From NCBI GenBank assembly GCA_050294405.1, contig JBNKOC010000004.1:32001-96000 (forward strand): DNA of 64,000 bases. Reading direction: 5' to 3'. Within the stretch, counting starts at the first letter, position 1, and the number at the start of each line of letters is the position of its first letter. The notes below the pieces were generated by a model, which was not told the origin of the DNA, ran no database searches, and worked only from the letters and a program-made list of their open reading frames with translations. This DNA is from Fibrobacteria bacterium (GTDB taxonomy: Bacteria; Fibrobacterota; Fibrobacteria; UBA11236; JADFYW01). The translations under genes were made by a program, and so were the position numbers. Positions 10,026 through 19,713 of the stretch are shown here, piece after piece.

Positions 10026-10826
10026 TCAAAGTAATTGACGTATTTTGGATTTAAGTTCGTCCCTCCCCAACTTCAAATAAGGTTCTGTGGATATTGTGTC
10101 AAAAATTTGTCTGAGTTTCAATATACCTAATTGGCCAGGTACAACCCCATTTTTCCCAAAAAAACCATAAGTCATGGCAGCCCCTAAATAGGGAGACAAG
10201 ACCCTGGATAGGGGACCAAATTCTCCCATGCTAATGACGCAGGAACTTTGATTTTTAACAGCCAGCTCCAGGCTAAAATCCAGCAGAGCATTAAGCTCGA
10301 CTTCATTTTGCGCACTCACAGCGAATTTAAAAATATCTGGTTTGAAAACAGCCATTTCGTTCAGAATAACCCGATACTCCTGGTTGTTGTAAGCGCCATC
10401 AAAATTATGATGGGAAATTATAAATTCGCCTCCTGATATTTTTTTTATCCCTTCTAAGAGCCTTGGGAATTTTTGCGCTTCTTCCAACTCAATATCCACA
10501 ATATCCGCCAGTTTTTGCTCCAGAGCCATGGCATAAAAATTTTCCCTCAAATGAGAATCCCTTGTCCAGGATCCTCCATCCCTAGGCAAACGCAAGGTAT
10601 AAATGAGCCTGCATTCCTTTTCGCCCTTGGATTTAGACAATACTTTTAAAGCCTGTTTCAGTTCCGAAAGTTCCTCCAACCCCGCATCCAGGCCAAAGGT
10701 ATCCCCCCGGAATTCCAAAAAATGGCAGGAGTGAATTTCTTCCCATGGCAATTGCCATTTTCCTTTTGCCTTCCATTGGTGTAATATATCCTGGGTGACG
10801 ATGCCGATTATTTGAGCTGTTTTCAT
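10026..10826 (-). CDS. aroD: Type I 3-dehydroquinate dehydratase
   Basis: LEFRGD, IYTLR..DGG, VDIEL, IISHHNF, FKFAV, ISMG..G..SR and PGQ motifs; start moved to ATG 10826. Confidence 0.88.
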   Translation of the reverse strand: MKTAQIIGIVTQDILHQWKAKGKWQLPWEEIHSCHFLEFRGDTFGLDAGLEELSELKQALKVLSKSKGEKECRLIYTLRLPRDGGSWTRDSHLRENFYAMALEQKLADIVDIELEEAQKFPRLLEGIKKISGGEFIISHHNFDGAYNNQEYRVILNEMAVFKPDIFKFAVSAQNEVELNALLDFSLELAVKNQSSCVISMGEFGPLSRVLSPYLGAAMTYGFFGKNGVVPGQLGILKLRQIFDTISTEPYLKLGRDELKSKIRQLL

Positions 10827-10920
10827 AACTGGGTTTTTATGCAAAATAGCATATTTCCCTTCTGATTTTGGATTTTTTAAAGTTGAAAAGTTTGATATTC
10901 CCAAAAAAATTTCATTTCTT

Positions 10921-11937
10921 TTGCCGGTGAAAAATTTCTTCCTAATTCTGCTGGTTTTAACAGGCCTTAGTTTTGGCTCTACAGCATATTTCAAGGAACC
11001 CCAGTTTCACCAAGCCTTGTTAGACTTAGTTGGCGCCACATACAATCAGGAATACCAAAAAGCGGAAAAAATCCTGAAGGACAAAATCCCCAGTTCCTCC
11101 CCCTGTTACAAGTATTTTAAGGGGTATATATACATTTCCATTTTTAATGATGTTGGAGATACATCAAAGTTTTATCAGGCTGAAAAAATTTGGGAGCAAT
11201 TGAAAGAGGAACTTGAAAACAGAAAGTCCTTAAAAAAGCCCTTTCCCAATCACCAAATGCCGGCCATCTATTACCTGGGGTTAACGGAAGTGCAGTTGAG
11301 CTACACTTCAAAGGTAAAAGGCAAAATGTTGGAGTCAGCCCTTCTGGCTAAATCCGGAATTAAAAAACTGAAAAAATATCCCAAGTACGCAGAAACCCAA
11401 AGCGTGCTGGCCATATACGATTTTTATAAAGGGCTGTTATTAAAATATTTTGATTGGCTTCCCTTTGTGGATGCAGACTATGTATCCTCCATGAAAAGGC
11501 TGAGAAACATCTACCATCATTCCCAATATTTGGAAGCTGTCTTTTTAACCTCTTTAATTTGGATGCAATTTGATTTGGGCAGCTACGACTCGGGACTTAA
11601 GCTCACTCAAAAATTTTTGGCCCGGTACCCTCAAAACCGGGTCTACCAGAGCATGGAAGCTGATTTTTTATTCAAGCTAAAACAAAACAAAAAAGCCGCT
11701 CAGCAGTTTGAAGCATTAAAAGAAAAATATCAAAATTGGTATGAGGAAAATGGAGAAAGTAAAAACTTAAAAATCAATTACTACTGCGCTGTGGGAAATC
11801 TGGTACGGATTTATCACGCCTTAGGAGATAAAAACAAAAAATTAGAGAATTCCAAAGTCTGGTTTTCTCCTAAGGTACAGGGGATAAAAGATTGGCTCCC
11901 CAAGAGCCTTTTGGAAGACCTGGAAAATTACCGTTAG
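10921..11937 (+). CDS. Exported TPR-like helical protein
   Basis: N-terminal signal peptide; Tyr/Ala/Leu-patterned helical repeats (e.g. FLARYPQN). Confidence 0.6.
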   Translation: MPVKNFFLILLVLTGLSFGSTAYFKEPQFHQALLDLVGATYNQEYQKAEKILKDKIPSSSPCYKYFKGYIYISIFNDVGDTSKFYQAEKIWEQLKEELENRKSLKKPFPNHQMPAIYYLGLTEVQLSYTSKVKGKMLESALLAKSGIKKLKKYPKYAETQSVLAIYDFYKGLLLKYFDWLPFVDADYVSSMKRLRNIYHHSQYLEAVFLTSLIWMQFDLGSYDSGLKLTQKFLARYPQNRVYQSMEADFLFKLKQNKKAAQQFEALKEKYQNWYEENGESKNLKINYYCAVGNLVRIYHALGDKNKKLENSKVWFSPKVQGIKDWLPKSLLEDLENYR

Positions 11938-11957
11938 AAAACCCTTTTGAACCACGT

Positions 11958-12314
11958 TTAATAATTAAGGGACTTTGCTTCTGCATGGCAGCAATCCACC
12001 GTTTTTAGATCAAACCAACCAGTGGAATCAACCACATTATTGTTTTCCATGGAAATAATTCTTTGTTTCCCCGTCATTTCGGAAAAACAAGCCTGGGTAC
12101 TATCATTGACTATATATTCTGGAGGAGATAGCTCTCCGTTTTGATGTTCCCTATAAATGGAAATTGAGTTTAATCCAGAGTAATTTCCATTTATACACAA
12201 ATTTATTCGAATTTCCTGACTGCAAGCACATGACTCATCATACATACAGGAATTAAGGAGAGTCAAAAATAAAATAAAGCCCGAAATAACAATATATTTG
12301 ATTCTTAAAAACAT
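11958..12314 (-). CDS. Small Cys-rich lipoprotein, unknown function
   Basis: Lipobox LLNSC; six further Cys residues; start at 12314 overlaps the end of the protease gene. Confidence 0.6.
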   Translation of the reverse strand: MFLRIKYIVISGFILFLTLLNSCMYDESCACSQEIRINLCINGNYSGLNSISIYREHQNGELSPPEYIVNDSTQACFSEMTGKQRIISMENNNVVDSTGWFDLKTVDCCHAEAKSLNY

Positions 12315-13471
12315 TGGCCATAGTCCCCTGATGTTGAACAAGAGCCTGCGTTATAGGACTGAAGGACTGAGCTAATCCACCCTAGTTTAGCACTAATTCT
12401 ACAGGCCCTCATCCGTTTACCAGATCCTGTACATTTTTGTCCAGGATAATTCAAACTTGAGTTACTATGGACTCCAGTTACATAAATCCAAGGGTCACCA
12501 TCTCGCACCCAAGGTCCACCAGAATCACCGTTGCAAGCTTGCATCTGGCCATTTTCAGTGGCGTAAATGTGATACGTGCCATACCAATCAACATACTCAT
12601 TTCCACGGCGCATTACCCCATCCCCATTTCCAGCATAAGAATCATAGCCACTTCCATATATTATTGTATGTCGAGCATTGCCCATAGTTCCGACCCACAT
12701 TTTCATGTAATCATCAGAATTAGTCCCCCAAGGGGTGTTTTTTATGATAATTCCGATATCCGATTGAGCGTCAGTGCCACTTGAATAGGTAGGGCATAAA
12801 ATTACATTCATATCTTCAATGCCCAATGTCCAGGTTTCAGGGGAGTCATCATTTGGGTCAAAATATTTCACCTTTACCCAGTCAATTCCACTATAGGATT
12901 GTGAACCGCTGTAATACAAAAGTTCGGCTATACAATGCCCCGCTGTTACTAAAGCTCTTGAATTGATTAGGGTCCCTGAGCAATAAGCGGTGGTATTAAG
13001 GATTTCAACCTTTCCTTTGCTATTTGTATCTGTGCCAAGCCGGATTTTTGATTTTGTTAATGGACTATTATTTGCATTAATTTTTTCATTTAGCATTTCA
13101 ACGCTGGGATGACTTTCAAGAATTTCATATTTTTTTTCTAAAAATAAGTATGCAGATTCACAAGTCTCAATTTTTGATAACCCTAATAATGATTTCATAG
13201 AAGGAAGGTCATTTAGCTGGGCATTTAACACCTTTATATTTACAAAGTCTTTTTTTGAACTTTTATCAATACATAGAGTCAAATTTTCACTTATTACATT
13301 CATATTCCCAAAATTGGAATATTTTGCTAAGGAGGTCGGGGTATTTGCAGATAACAATTCATTGTAAATTTTATCATGTAAATCTTGATTAGAATTAGAA
13401 TTTTCAGATTGGTTGATTTTGCAACTTGCAAAAATAAAAACGATTAATAGAAAAAATAGATTTACAATCAT
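12305..13471 (-). CDS. Trypsin-like (S1) serine protease, lipoprotein with N-terminal pro-region
   Basis: Lipobox FASC; catalytic triad motifs TAGHC, DIGII and GDSGGP. Confidence 0.9.
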   Translation of the reverse strand: MIVNLFFLLIVFIFASCKINQSENSNSNQDLHDKIYNELLSANTPTSLAKYSNFGNMNVISENLTLCIDKSSKKDFVNIKVLNAQLNDLPSMKSLLGLSKIETCESAYLFLEKKYEILESHPSVEMLNEKINANNSPLTKSKIRLGTDTNSKGKVEILNTTAYCSGTLINSRALVTAGHCIAELLYYSGSQSYSGIDWVKVKYFDPNDDSPETWTLGIEDMNVILCPTYSSGTDAQSDIGIIIKNTPWGTNSDDYMKMWVGTMGNARHTIIYGSGYDSYAGNGDGVMRRGNEYVDWYGTYHIYATENGQMQACNGDSGGPWVRDGDPWIYVTGVHSNSSLNYPGQKCTGSGKRMRACRISAKLGWISSVLQSYNAGSCSTSGDYGQCF

Positions 13472-13607
13472 TTAGGAAACCCCGCAATTTATAGAAACTT
13501 TTTTTTGAGCTTCAATAAATTTAAAAACGGATTTTCTTAAACTGAATTCAATATTATTTCAAAACTATTTCGTCATATGCGGGTTCAATTCTACAAGGTT
13601 AGAAGCT

Positions 13608-13997
13608 CTAACCATTCCCCTTCGGAGGAAACTTTTCCAACAAAGCGTTCACCCTGTCCAACAAATCTTTTTTGCCAAAGGGTTTAGTAATGTAATCATC
13701 CACCTTCATCATGTGAAGGCCCACCATAAAATCCACCGATTTATTTTTGCTGGTGAGAAATGCCACCGGAACTTCCTTTAATTCTTTTTTTGCCCTGATT
13801 TCCTTAAGCAAGTCATATCCGTCCACATTGGGCATTACCAAATCCAGCAGCACCAGGTTAGGCATAAAATCCACGGCTGATTCCAGAGCCTGTTCGGGGT
13901 CCGTTACCACTTGCACTTCATGCTGACCTAACTCTAAAACCAGTTTGATCAAGTCTGCAATATCTTTTTCATCATCAATAACTAAAATCTTAGCCAT
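13608..13997 (-). CDS. Stand-alone response regulator receiver domain
   Basis: VIDDE, LLDLVMP, FLTS, YITKPF; no output domain. Confidence 0.93.
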   Translation of the reverse strand: MAKILVIDDEKDIADLIKLVLELGQHEVQVVTDPEQALESAVDFMPNLVLLDLVMPNVDGYDLLKEIRAKKELKEVPVAFLTSKNKSVDFMVGLHMMKVDDYITKPFGKKDLLDRVNALLEKFPPKGNG

Positions 13998-13999
13998 AA

Positions 14000-14296
14000 T
14001 TACCCCTTAGCCAAATCCGCCGGCAACCACTTCCAGTAATAGTAGGTGACAAAACAGGCCACCAGAACTCCAATCAAATCACACAACATCGCCACAACTC
14101 CCAATTTGGGAATAAAATCCAAAATCAACCCCAACACAAGCATGGCACTCGCCACATACATCATCTTGTACAAAGGCTTTTTCTTAAGCGCGCTTCCCAA
14201 AATTTTACTGAGATCCCCAATTATCAAAAACATGGCGATAAAAGCCAGATGCCCTATAACCGATGCCGCGAAAAATAAAACAGTGGTAAACATCAA
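14000..14296 (-). CDS. Small three-TM membrane protein in KaiC-like operon
   Basis: Three hydrophobic segments; ends YYYWKWLPADL; separated from its neighbours by 2-7 nt. Confidence 0.75.
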   Translation of the reverse strand: MMFTTVLFFAASVIGHLAFIAMFLIIGDLSKILGSALKKKPLYKMMYVASAMLVLGLILDFIPKLGVVAMLCDLIGVLVACFVTYYYWKWLPADLAKG

Positions 14297-14303
14297 GCTT
14301 TCC

Positions 14304-14588
14304 TTATGGCTTTTTAACGCTCATCATAGATTTATAAAGAGCCCCAGCGCAGGCTATTAACCCCGCTCCCCCCACTATGGTACATACAGAGGATATGGAG
14401 CTGCCTAAATAAGGTTTAAAAAATGAAAAGCCCAGCAACTGCCCCAGTGAAAAAATAATGGTGAAGGCAAAAAAATATACGGAGCGTGGCCCACTGCCGG
14501 ATTTCATACGGTAGTATTTGGCAATAAGGGACAAAAACAAACAGATAAAAAGCGTGGAAACTAACAGCAATATTTGAAGAAGAATCAC
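14304..14588 (-). CDS. Small three-TM membrane protein in KaiC-like operon
   Basis: Three hydrophobic segments with an IAKYY...SG loop; 3 nt from the ATPase stop codon. Confidence 0.75.
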   Translation of the reverse strand: MILLQILLLVSTLFICLFLSLIAKYYRMKSGSGPRSVYFFAFTIIFSLGQLLGFSFFKPYLGSSISSVCTIVGGAGLIACAGALYKSMMSVKKP

Positions 14589-14591
14589 CTT

Positions 14592-15359
14592 TTAACCTTT
14601 TCTCACAAATACATCCATAAAAGCATCGGCCGCTGTTTTTACAGGCATGCCGGACATAATTCCCTCTCGACCTTCAAATTTTTGCATCACCTCAAAACCT
14701 TTGTCAGTTATGGAAAACTGACGGATATCCTTGGCGTGCTGGCTGCCTCTCATTTTTAATATTAACATGGCCTTGGAAATGGCCGAGTCAATTTCCACAT
14801 AACGTAGAAGCAAATAACTGTCCGCCAGAAAGGGGGCTTGGGAAAGGCTGTTAGTCTGGCCGAGCAGATTATTGTTTTCCCTGAGCAGGATACTGGTCAT
14901 GCCTTCTCTTTTGAGGCTGTTTATAAAATCAAATTCCATTTCCCTGAGTTGATGTTCATCTTCGGCCAGATACTCGAAATGTGTCAGAGAATCAATCAAA
15001 CATCTTTTAATTCCCATTTCATCAATTATGGTCTCCAACATGCCCCCGATTTCTTCCAGCTCTTCAGCTGCGGCTTCGGGAGTAGTGAATAAAATTTTAA
15101 GCATGCCCTCGTCTTCAAATTTTTTAAGATCCCATCCAAAATTCAGGGCATCGTGGTAGTATTGAGCTGGGAACTCTTCAAAAGTGAGAATCAGGCCAGG
15201 TTCATTGTATTGGGTTATACCGTTGACAATGAATTGAATTCCCAGAGTTGTTTTTCCGGTTCCAGGCGCCCCTTCCACCACATTGGAAGAGCCTTTTATC
15301 AATCCGCCGCCGGCCATTTCATCCAGGGCTACAATACCAAAGGGACTTCTTTCTAGCAT
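14592..15359 (-). CDS. Single-domain KaiC/RAD55-like RecA-superfamily ATPase
   Basis: GI..LDEM.GGG, Walker A GAPGTGKT, TFEE catalytic pair, Walker B LIDS, ILKMRG finger. Confidence 0.9.
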   Translation of the reverse strand: MLERSPFGIVALDEMAGGGLIKGSSNVVEGAPGTGKTTLGIQFIVNGITQYNEPGLILTFEEFPAQYYHDALNFGWDLKKFEDEGMLKILFTTPEAAAEELEEIGGMLETIIDEMGIKRCLIDSLTHFEYLAEDEHQLREMEFDFINSLKREGMTSILLRENNNLLGQTNSLSQAPFLADSYLLLRYVEIDSAISKAMLILKMRGSQHAKDIRQFSITDKGFEVMQKFEGREGIMSGMPVKTAADAFMDVFVRKG

Positions 15360-15372
15360 AATTTCCTTTTGC

Positions 15373-16323
15373 TTATTCTAAAGAATAATTTGCATTTAAC
15401 AAAGATAACAATACCGCTTTTTGAGCATGAAGTCTATTCTCAGCTTCATCAAAACAAAAACAATAATCCGCTCGCATCACTTCATCTGTAATTTCTTCAT
15501 CGCGATGGGCCGGCAAACAGTGAGATACTAAACAATCTGCCTTAGCATGTTTAACCAGCTCGGCATTTATCTGATAGCCTTCGAATTCACGAGTTTTATC
15601 CTGCTTGACCCCTTCTTCGCCCATACTCACCCATACATCTGTGTATAAGAAGTCGGCATTTTTTGCGGCATCCTGGGGAGAACGCAACATTTCATAACTT
15701 CCTCCATTTTTTTCGAACAGAGGTTCCAGCGACTTTATTAAATCTTCGGGTTGCTCATAACCTTTGGGACAAGCCAATACAAAATCCATTCCCAAATGTG
15801 CGCAGAGTATTAATAGAGAATTGGCCACATTGTTTCCATCTCCAATAAAGACCAGCTTAGAGCCTTTTATATTTCCCCTGTGCTCCATAGCTGTTTGGGC
15901 AAAAGCCAAGGCCTGACAAGGATGGTATTTATCCGTTAAAGCATTCACAATAGGAATCTGGGAGTATGTTTGCAGTTCTTCCACCAAACGGTGCTTAAAT
16001 GTTCTGGCCACCAATACATCTACCCAGCGGCTTAAGTTTTTAGAAACGTCTTCCACGCTTTCCCGTTTGCCGATGGAAATATTTTGTGGGTCCAGGGTAA
16101 TGGTGGAGCCTCCAAACTGGGTCATGGCTACTTCAAAAGTTACCCTGGTTCTCAAACTGGGTTTTTCAAAAATTAAAACTGATGTTTTTCCCTGCAGCAA
16201 TTGATTGGGGCCAGATTTTAAAAAATCTTTTTTGGTGTCCCGGGCAATTTCCAGAGTTTTAATAACCTGTTCTGTGCTGTAATCCAGCAGGGTCAACAGG
16301 CTTTTGGGTTTATTCTGGCTCAT
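15373..16323 (-). CDS. argF: Ornithine carbamoyltransferase
   Basis: PSLRTR, HPCQ, GDGNNV, DVWVSMG, HCLP and AENRLH motifs. Confidence 0.93.
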   Translation of the reverse strand: MSQNKPKSLLTLLDYSTEQVIKTLEIARDTKKDFLKSGPNQLLQGKTSVLIFEKPSLRTRVTFEVAMTQFGGSTITLDPQNISIGKRESVEDVSKNLSRWVDVLVARTFKHRLVEELQTYSQIPIVNALTDKYHPCQALAFAQTAMEHRGNIKGSKLVFIGDGNNVANSLLILCAHLGMDFVLACPKGYEQPEDLIKSLEPLFEKNGGSYEMLRSPQDAAKNADFLYTDVWVSMGEEGVKQDKTREFEGYQINAELVKHAKADCLVSHCLPAHRDEEITDEVMRADYCFCFDEAENRLHAQKAVLLSLLNANYSLE

Positions 16324-16426
16324 AAATTCTTTACTACCAATTAAAAAGACAAAGAAAGTACATTATAAAAAAAAATTGCCTTAGCTCTAATGTATAAATC
16401 CAAATTCCCTAGGCTTAAATTATTTT

Positions 16427-17296
16427 ATGGGGATGGAATTAGAAACTCTTTGTCCTGCTAAAATAAATTTATTTCTGGAAGTATTGGGCAAACGCCCTGA
16501 CTCCTACCATGAAATCCGGACTTTATTTCAGAGACTGGACAGCGGGGATATTTTAAAAGCCAAGCCCGCCACACAAATCAGCCTTAAAGGCGCCGATAAA
16601 TTAGGCATTGCCCCATCGGAAAATTTAGTGGTACGAGCCGCCCAAATTTTAAAAGAGCATGGTGGAGTTAAAGAAGGTGTGGAGTTTCATTTGGAAAAAA
16701 AGTTACCTGCAGGAGGTGGCCTTGGAGGGGGAAGCAGTGACGCGGCCGGAGCGCTTCGCCTATGCAATGAGCTCTGGGGCCTTAATTACAGCAGTATTGA
16801 GCTCCAAAAGCTGGCTGCTCCCCTGGGAGCCGACATTCCCTTTTTTTTAGGCTCCCCCACCGCCCTCGGCACAGGAACGGGAACCCAGCTTGTGGACCTG
16901 CCGCCCCCCCTTTCCTTTTGGGTTTTAATTACCACCCCTCACAGCTTTGTGCCCACAGGCCCTGCTTATAGCTGGCTAAATGCGAAAACTCTTTCAGATG
17001 GAAGCCAAACCGGCACATTTAGTTTAGAGGAAATCCAAAAAGGTCTCAAAAGCCCGGGTTTTTACCCCCGATGTTTTAATGATTTTCATGGTCCGGTATT
17101 AAGCCATTTTCCAGATATCTTTCTGCTGGATGAAAAAATCCGGGAGTTTTCACCTTCACTTTGCCTATTATCGGGAAGTGGGGCCAGCTTATTTTCTCTT
17201 TTTGAAGAAAAAACCACAGCACAAAGCTGCCTCAAGGAAGTGGAAAAATTATGCCGTTTTTCAACTATTTGCAGTTGGGAACAAAAAACGGAATAA
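16427..17296 (+). CDS. ispE: 4-(cytidine 5'-diphospho)-2-C-methyl-D-erythritol kinase
   Basis: PAKINLFL, GGGLGGGSSDAA, GADIPFF and LSGSG motifs. Confidence 0.95.
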   Translation: MGMELETLCPAKINLFLEVLGKRPDSYHEIRTLFQRLDSGDILKAKPATQISLKGADKLGIAPSENLVVRAAQILKEHGGVKEGVEFHLEKKLPAGGGLGGGSSDAAGALRLCNELWGLNYSSIELQKLAAPLGADIPFFLGSPTALGTGTGTQLVDLPPPLSFWVLITTPHSFVPTGPAYSWLNAKTLSDGSQTGTFSLEEIQKGLKSPGFYPRCFNDFHGPVLSHFPDIFLLDEKIREFSPSLCLLSGSGASLFSLFEEKTTAQSCLKEVEKLCRFSTICSWEQKTE

Positions 17297-17317
17297 AAAT
17301 TCTTAACCCCCAAAATC

Positions 17318-17346
17318 TTGAAAATGCGAGAAATTCTTAATATTAT
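17318..17346 (+). promoter_or_regulatory. Sigma70-type promoter for tRNA-Gln/rplY
   Basis: TTGAAA-N17-TATTAT, 18 nt upstream of the tRNA. Confidence 0.6.
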
Positions 17347-17364
17347 ACTGCCACACATTCTGAA

Positions 17365-17439
17365 TGGGGTGTCGTCAAGTGGTAAGACAACGGTTTTTGG
17401 TACCGTCATTCGTAGGTTCGAATCCTGCCACCCCAGCCA
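17365..17439 (+). tRNA. tRNA-Gln(TTG)
   Basis: Cloverleaf: acceptor TGGGGTG/CACCCCA, anticodon arm ACGGT-TT TTG GT-ACCGT, GGTTCGAATCC T-arm, encoded CCA. Confidence 0.97.
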
Positions 17440-17504
17440 GAATAAAATTTGCAGAATTTGAATAATTCTAATACTTTTACACCTCATTTAAATTAGAGAT
17501 TATT

Positions 17505-18149
17505 ATGGAAACTTTAACCCTAAACGCAAAACTGCGAAACAGCAAAACTAAGGGTGATCTGAACAATATCCGCAAAGCCTCCCGGGTTCCCGGTGTTGTT
17601 TACGGGCTTAAGCAAGACAATGTATCTATAGATGTAGACTCCAATGAGTTAAAACATTGTATGGGATCAAAAAACGCCAACAAAGTTGTGGAACTGAAAA
17701 TCGAAGGCGGCAGCGACGAAAAAGTCATCATTAAAGAAGTGGTTCGCCACCCTGTTCGTCAATTCGATATTTCCCATGTTGATTTTATCCGGGTAAACGA
17801 CACGCAACCAGTAGTTGTAAAAGTGCCCGTTAAAACAGAAGGCGTTCCCGTGGGCGTTAAAAACGAAGGCGGATCTTTCCAAATCATGAAAAAATTTGTG
17901 AAAATCAAAGCCGTTATCAATAACATCCCCGAATCCTTTACTATGGATGTATCTGAAATGCATTCGGGCGAAGTATTCTACACCCGCGACCTTGAATTTA
18001 AAGGTGGAACAGTTTTAACTCCTGCTAAAACTGCCCTTCACGGAGTATCTGGCCGCCGCGGTGGAAAACTGGCTGTAGAAGAAACTCCTGCTGCCGCTGA
18101 AGAAGCTCCTGCAGAAGGCGCAGAAGCAACTGCTGAAGAAGCCAAATAA
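17505..18149 (+). CDS. rplY: 50S ribosomal protein L25 / general stress protein Ctc
   Basis: VPGVVYG, HPV...HVDF and G.PVGVK..GG motifs; acidic Ala/Glu tail. Confidence 0.95.
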   Translation: METLTLNAKLRNSKTKGDLNNIRKASRVPGVVYGLKQDNVSIDVDSNELKHCMGSKNANKVVELKIEGGSDEKVIIKEVVRHPVRQFDISHVDFIRVNDTQPVVVKVPVKTEGVPVGVKNEGGSFQIMKKFVKIKAVINNIPESFTMDVSEMHSGEVFYTRDLEFKGGTVLTPAKTALHGVSGRRGGKLAVEETPAAAEEAPAEGAEATAEEAK

Positions 18150-18171
18150 GTATTTCTTGAAAAATTTAATG

Positions 18172-18208
18172 GAAGGGATGTCTATTCAAGGCATCCCTTT
18201 TTATTTTT
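18172..18208 (+). terminator. Intrinsic terminator-like hairpin after rplY
   Basis: GAAGGGATGTC / GGCATCCCTTT stem followed by TTATTTTT. Confidence 0.7.
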
Positions 18209-18220
18209 AGGGTCTACATT

Positions 18221-18778
18221 ATGAAAGTCATTTTAGGCATAGGCAACCCCGGGAAAAAATACGAGAACACCCCCCATAATATTGGCTTTCATTTAGTAGA
18301 TAGCCTGAGTGAAAGTGGGTTTACTCCCATGGGCAAGGATAGCCTGGTTGAAAAGATTAATTTGGCAGGGGAAACCGTCATTTTGCTCAAACCCCAGACC
18401 TATGTAAACCTTTCTGGGAATTCAGCCCAAAAAGTAATGCACTTTTACAAAATAAATCCCGATGATTTAATCGTTGTGGTGGACGACGTAAACCTGGAAT
18501 GGGGCGCCATTCGCATCCGCTCCAAGGGCAGTCACGGTGGCCATAACGGGCTTAAAAGTTTGATTCAGCATATTGGCAGCAACTTCACCCGAATTCGCGT
18601 GGGAGTGGGCCTTTGCCCCGAATACATGGACTTGTCTGCTTATGTTTTAAGGCAACTGACCAATGCCGAAAAAAATTCATTAAATAACTTAAAGCTGGAT
18701 TTTAAAGATTTAGTGGAGTTTGGAATCAAAGAAGGCTGGGAAAAGGCTGGAGCAAAATTCAATCGTAAATCTTTATAA
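18221..18778 (+). CDS. pth: Peptidyl-tRNA hydrolase
   Basis: GIGNPG, T.HNIGF, KPQTYVNLSG, GSHGGHNGLKS and RIRVGVG motifs. Confidence 0.96.
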   Translation: MKVILGIGNPGKKYENTPHNIGFHLVDSLSESGFTPMGKDSLVEKINLAGETVILLKPQTYVNLSGNSAQKVMHFYKINPDDLIVVVDDVNLEWGAIRIRSKGSHGGHNGLKSLIQHIGSNFTRIRVGVGLCPEYMDLSAYVLRQLTNAEKNSLNNLKLDFKDLVEFGIKEGWEKAGAKFNRKSL

Positions 18779-18910
18779 ATAAGCCAAAATTTTTACAGCC
18801 ACTCAGAGGCAAAATTCTATCTTATGAATTGGCCTTGAGTTGAAGAATTTGGCCAATTAATCTAACTTCGAAGGAGTTATATTTAGTTAAACTAAGTTTG
18901 GAATCGAATT

Positions 18911-19657
18911 ATGTCTGGGGAATCCATGAAAGAAGAATTAAACTATTTGCTTGAGCTCTGCGGTTATGATAAAAATGCATATAACCTGCGCAAGGCAAAC
19001 AAGGATCTGCCCATTCGTATTAATGAGCTAAAAACCGAAATTCAAACTGCCGAAGCCAAGCTCAACGAAATTAGCAACTTGGTTTCTGAAACCGAAAAAA
19101 AAATCAAAGACTCCCGCGAGTTTACCGAAAGCGAAATTCAAAATTTAGAAGACAGCGAAGAACGCCTTAAAAACATCAGCACCAATAAAGAATACGATGC
19201 TGTACATTCTGAAATAGCCACCCACAAACGCAACATTGAAGATTCTCAAGCCAGTGCCATTCACTTTGAACAGGTTTTGGAAAATTTAAAAGAAGACAAA
19301 AAAGCCATTGAAGAAGAGTATAACTCCATCATTGAAAAAAATAAGCCGGAGTTAGAATCCCTTTCCAAAGATTTGGACTCTTTAGAAGACCGTATTGCTA
19401 TTGAGGTTTCCAAAAGTGAAGAACCCCGTAAAAAAGTGGGCAAAAGATTAATCAGCGTTTACGAACGCATGAAAAAACGCCGCAAGTCTCCCTACATTAT
19501 TTCCATTATTAACTGGAACTCCAATGTATGTGAAAATTGCAATCGCACCCAACCTGCGCAAAAAGTAAATGAAGTAAGCCGTATGGACTCTATCATTACC
19601 TGCGAAGGCTGCGGCAGCATTTTGATTTGGAACGAATCCGAAGTTCCCGCTCAGTAG
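18911..19657 (+). CDS. Coiled-coil protein with C-terminal C4 zinc ribbon (CT398/HP0958/DUF164-like)
   Basis: Long coiled coil with NKEYDA..EI; CENC...CEGCGSIL. Confidence 0.85.
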   Translation: MSGESMKEELNYLLELCGYDKNAYNLRKANKDLPIRINELKTEIQTAEAKLNEISNLVSETEKKIKDSREFTESEIQNLEDSEERLKNISTNKEYDAVHSEIATHKRNIEDSQASAIHFEQVLENLKEDKKAIEEEYNSIIEKNKPELESLSKDLDSLEDRIAIEVSKSEEPRKKVGKRLISVYERMKKRRKSPYIISIINWNSNVCENCNRTQPAQKVNEVSRMDSIITCEGCGSILIWNESEVPAQ

Positions 19658-19713
19658 ATACAGGCCTACTCAAAGGGCACTGCCGGATAATGGTGGTGGC
19701 AGAAAACCAAATA

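Noticed and set aside
14592..15359. Circadian clock kaiC
   Set aside because: Single domain, no Ser/Thr phosphosite pair, and no kaiA or kaiB.
15373..16323. Acetyl/succinyl-ornithine transcarbamylase, suggested by the SLRT motif
   Set aside because: The DxxxSMG ornithine-binding loop and HCLP are canonical for OTCase.
17086..17487. 133-aa and 61-aa (26108-26293) ORFs spanning the tRNA genes
   Set aside because: Typical spurious ORFs overlapping tRNA genes.
18827..18858. AATTGGCC...GGCCAATT inverted repeat after pth
   Set aside because: 8-bp stem with a 16-nt loop and no U tract; cannot be told from chance.
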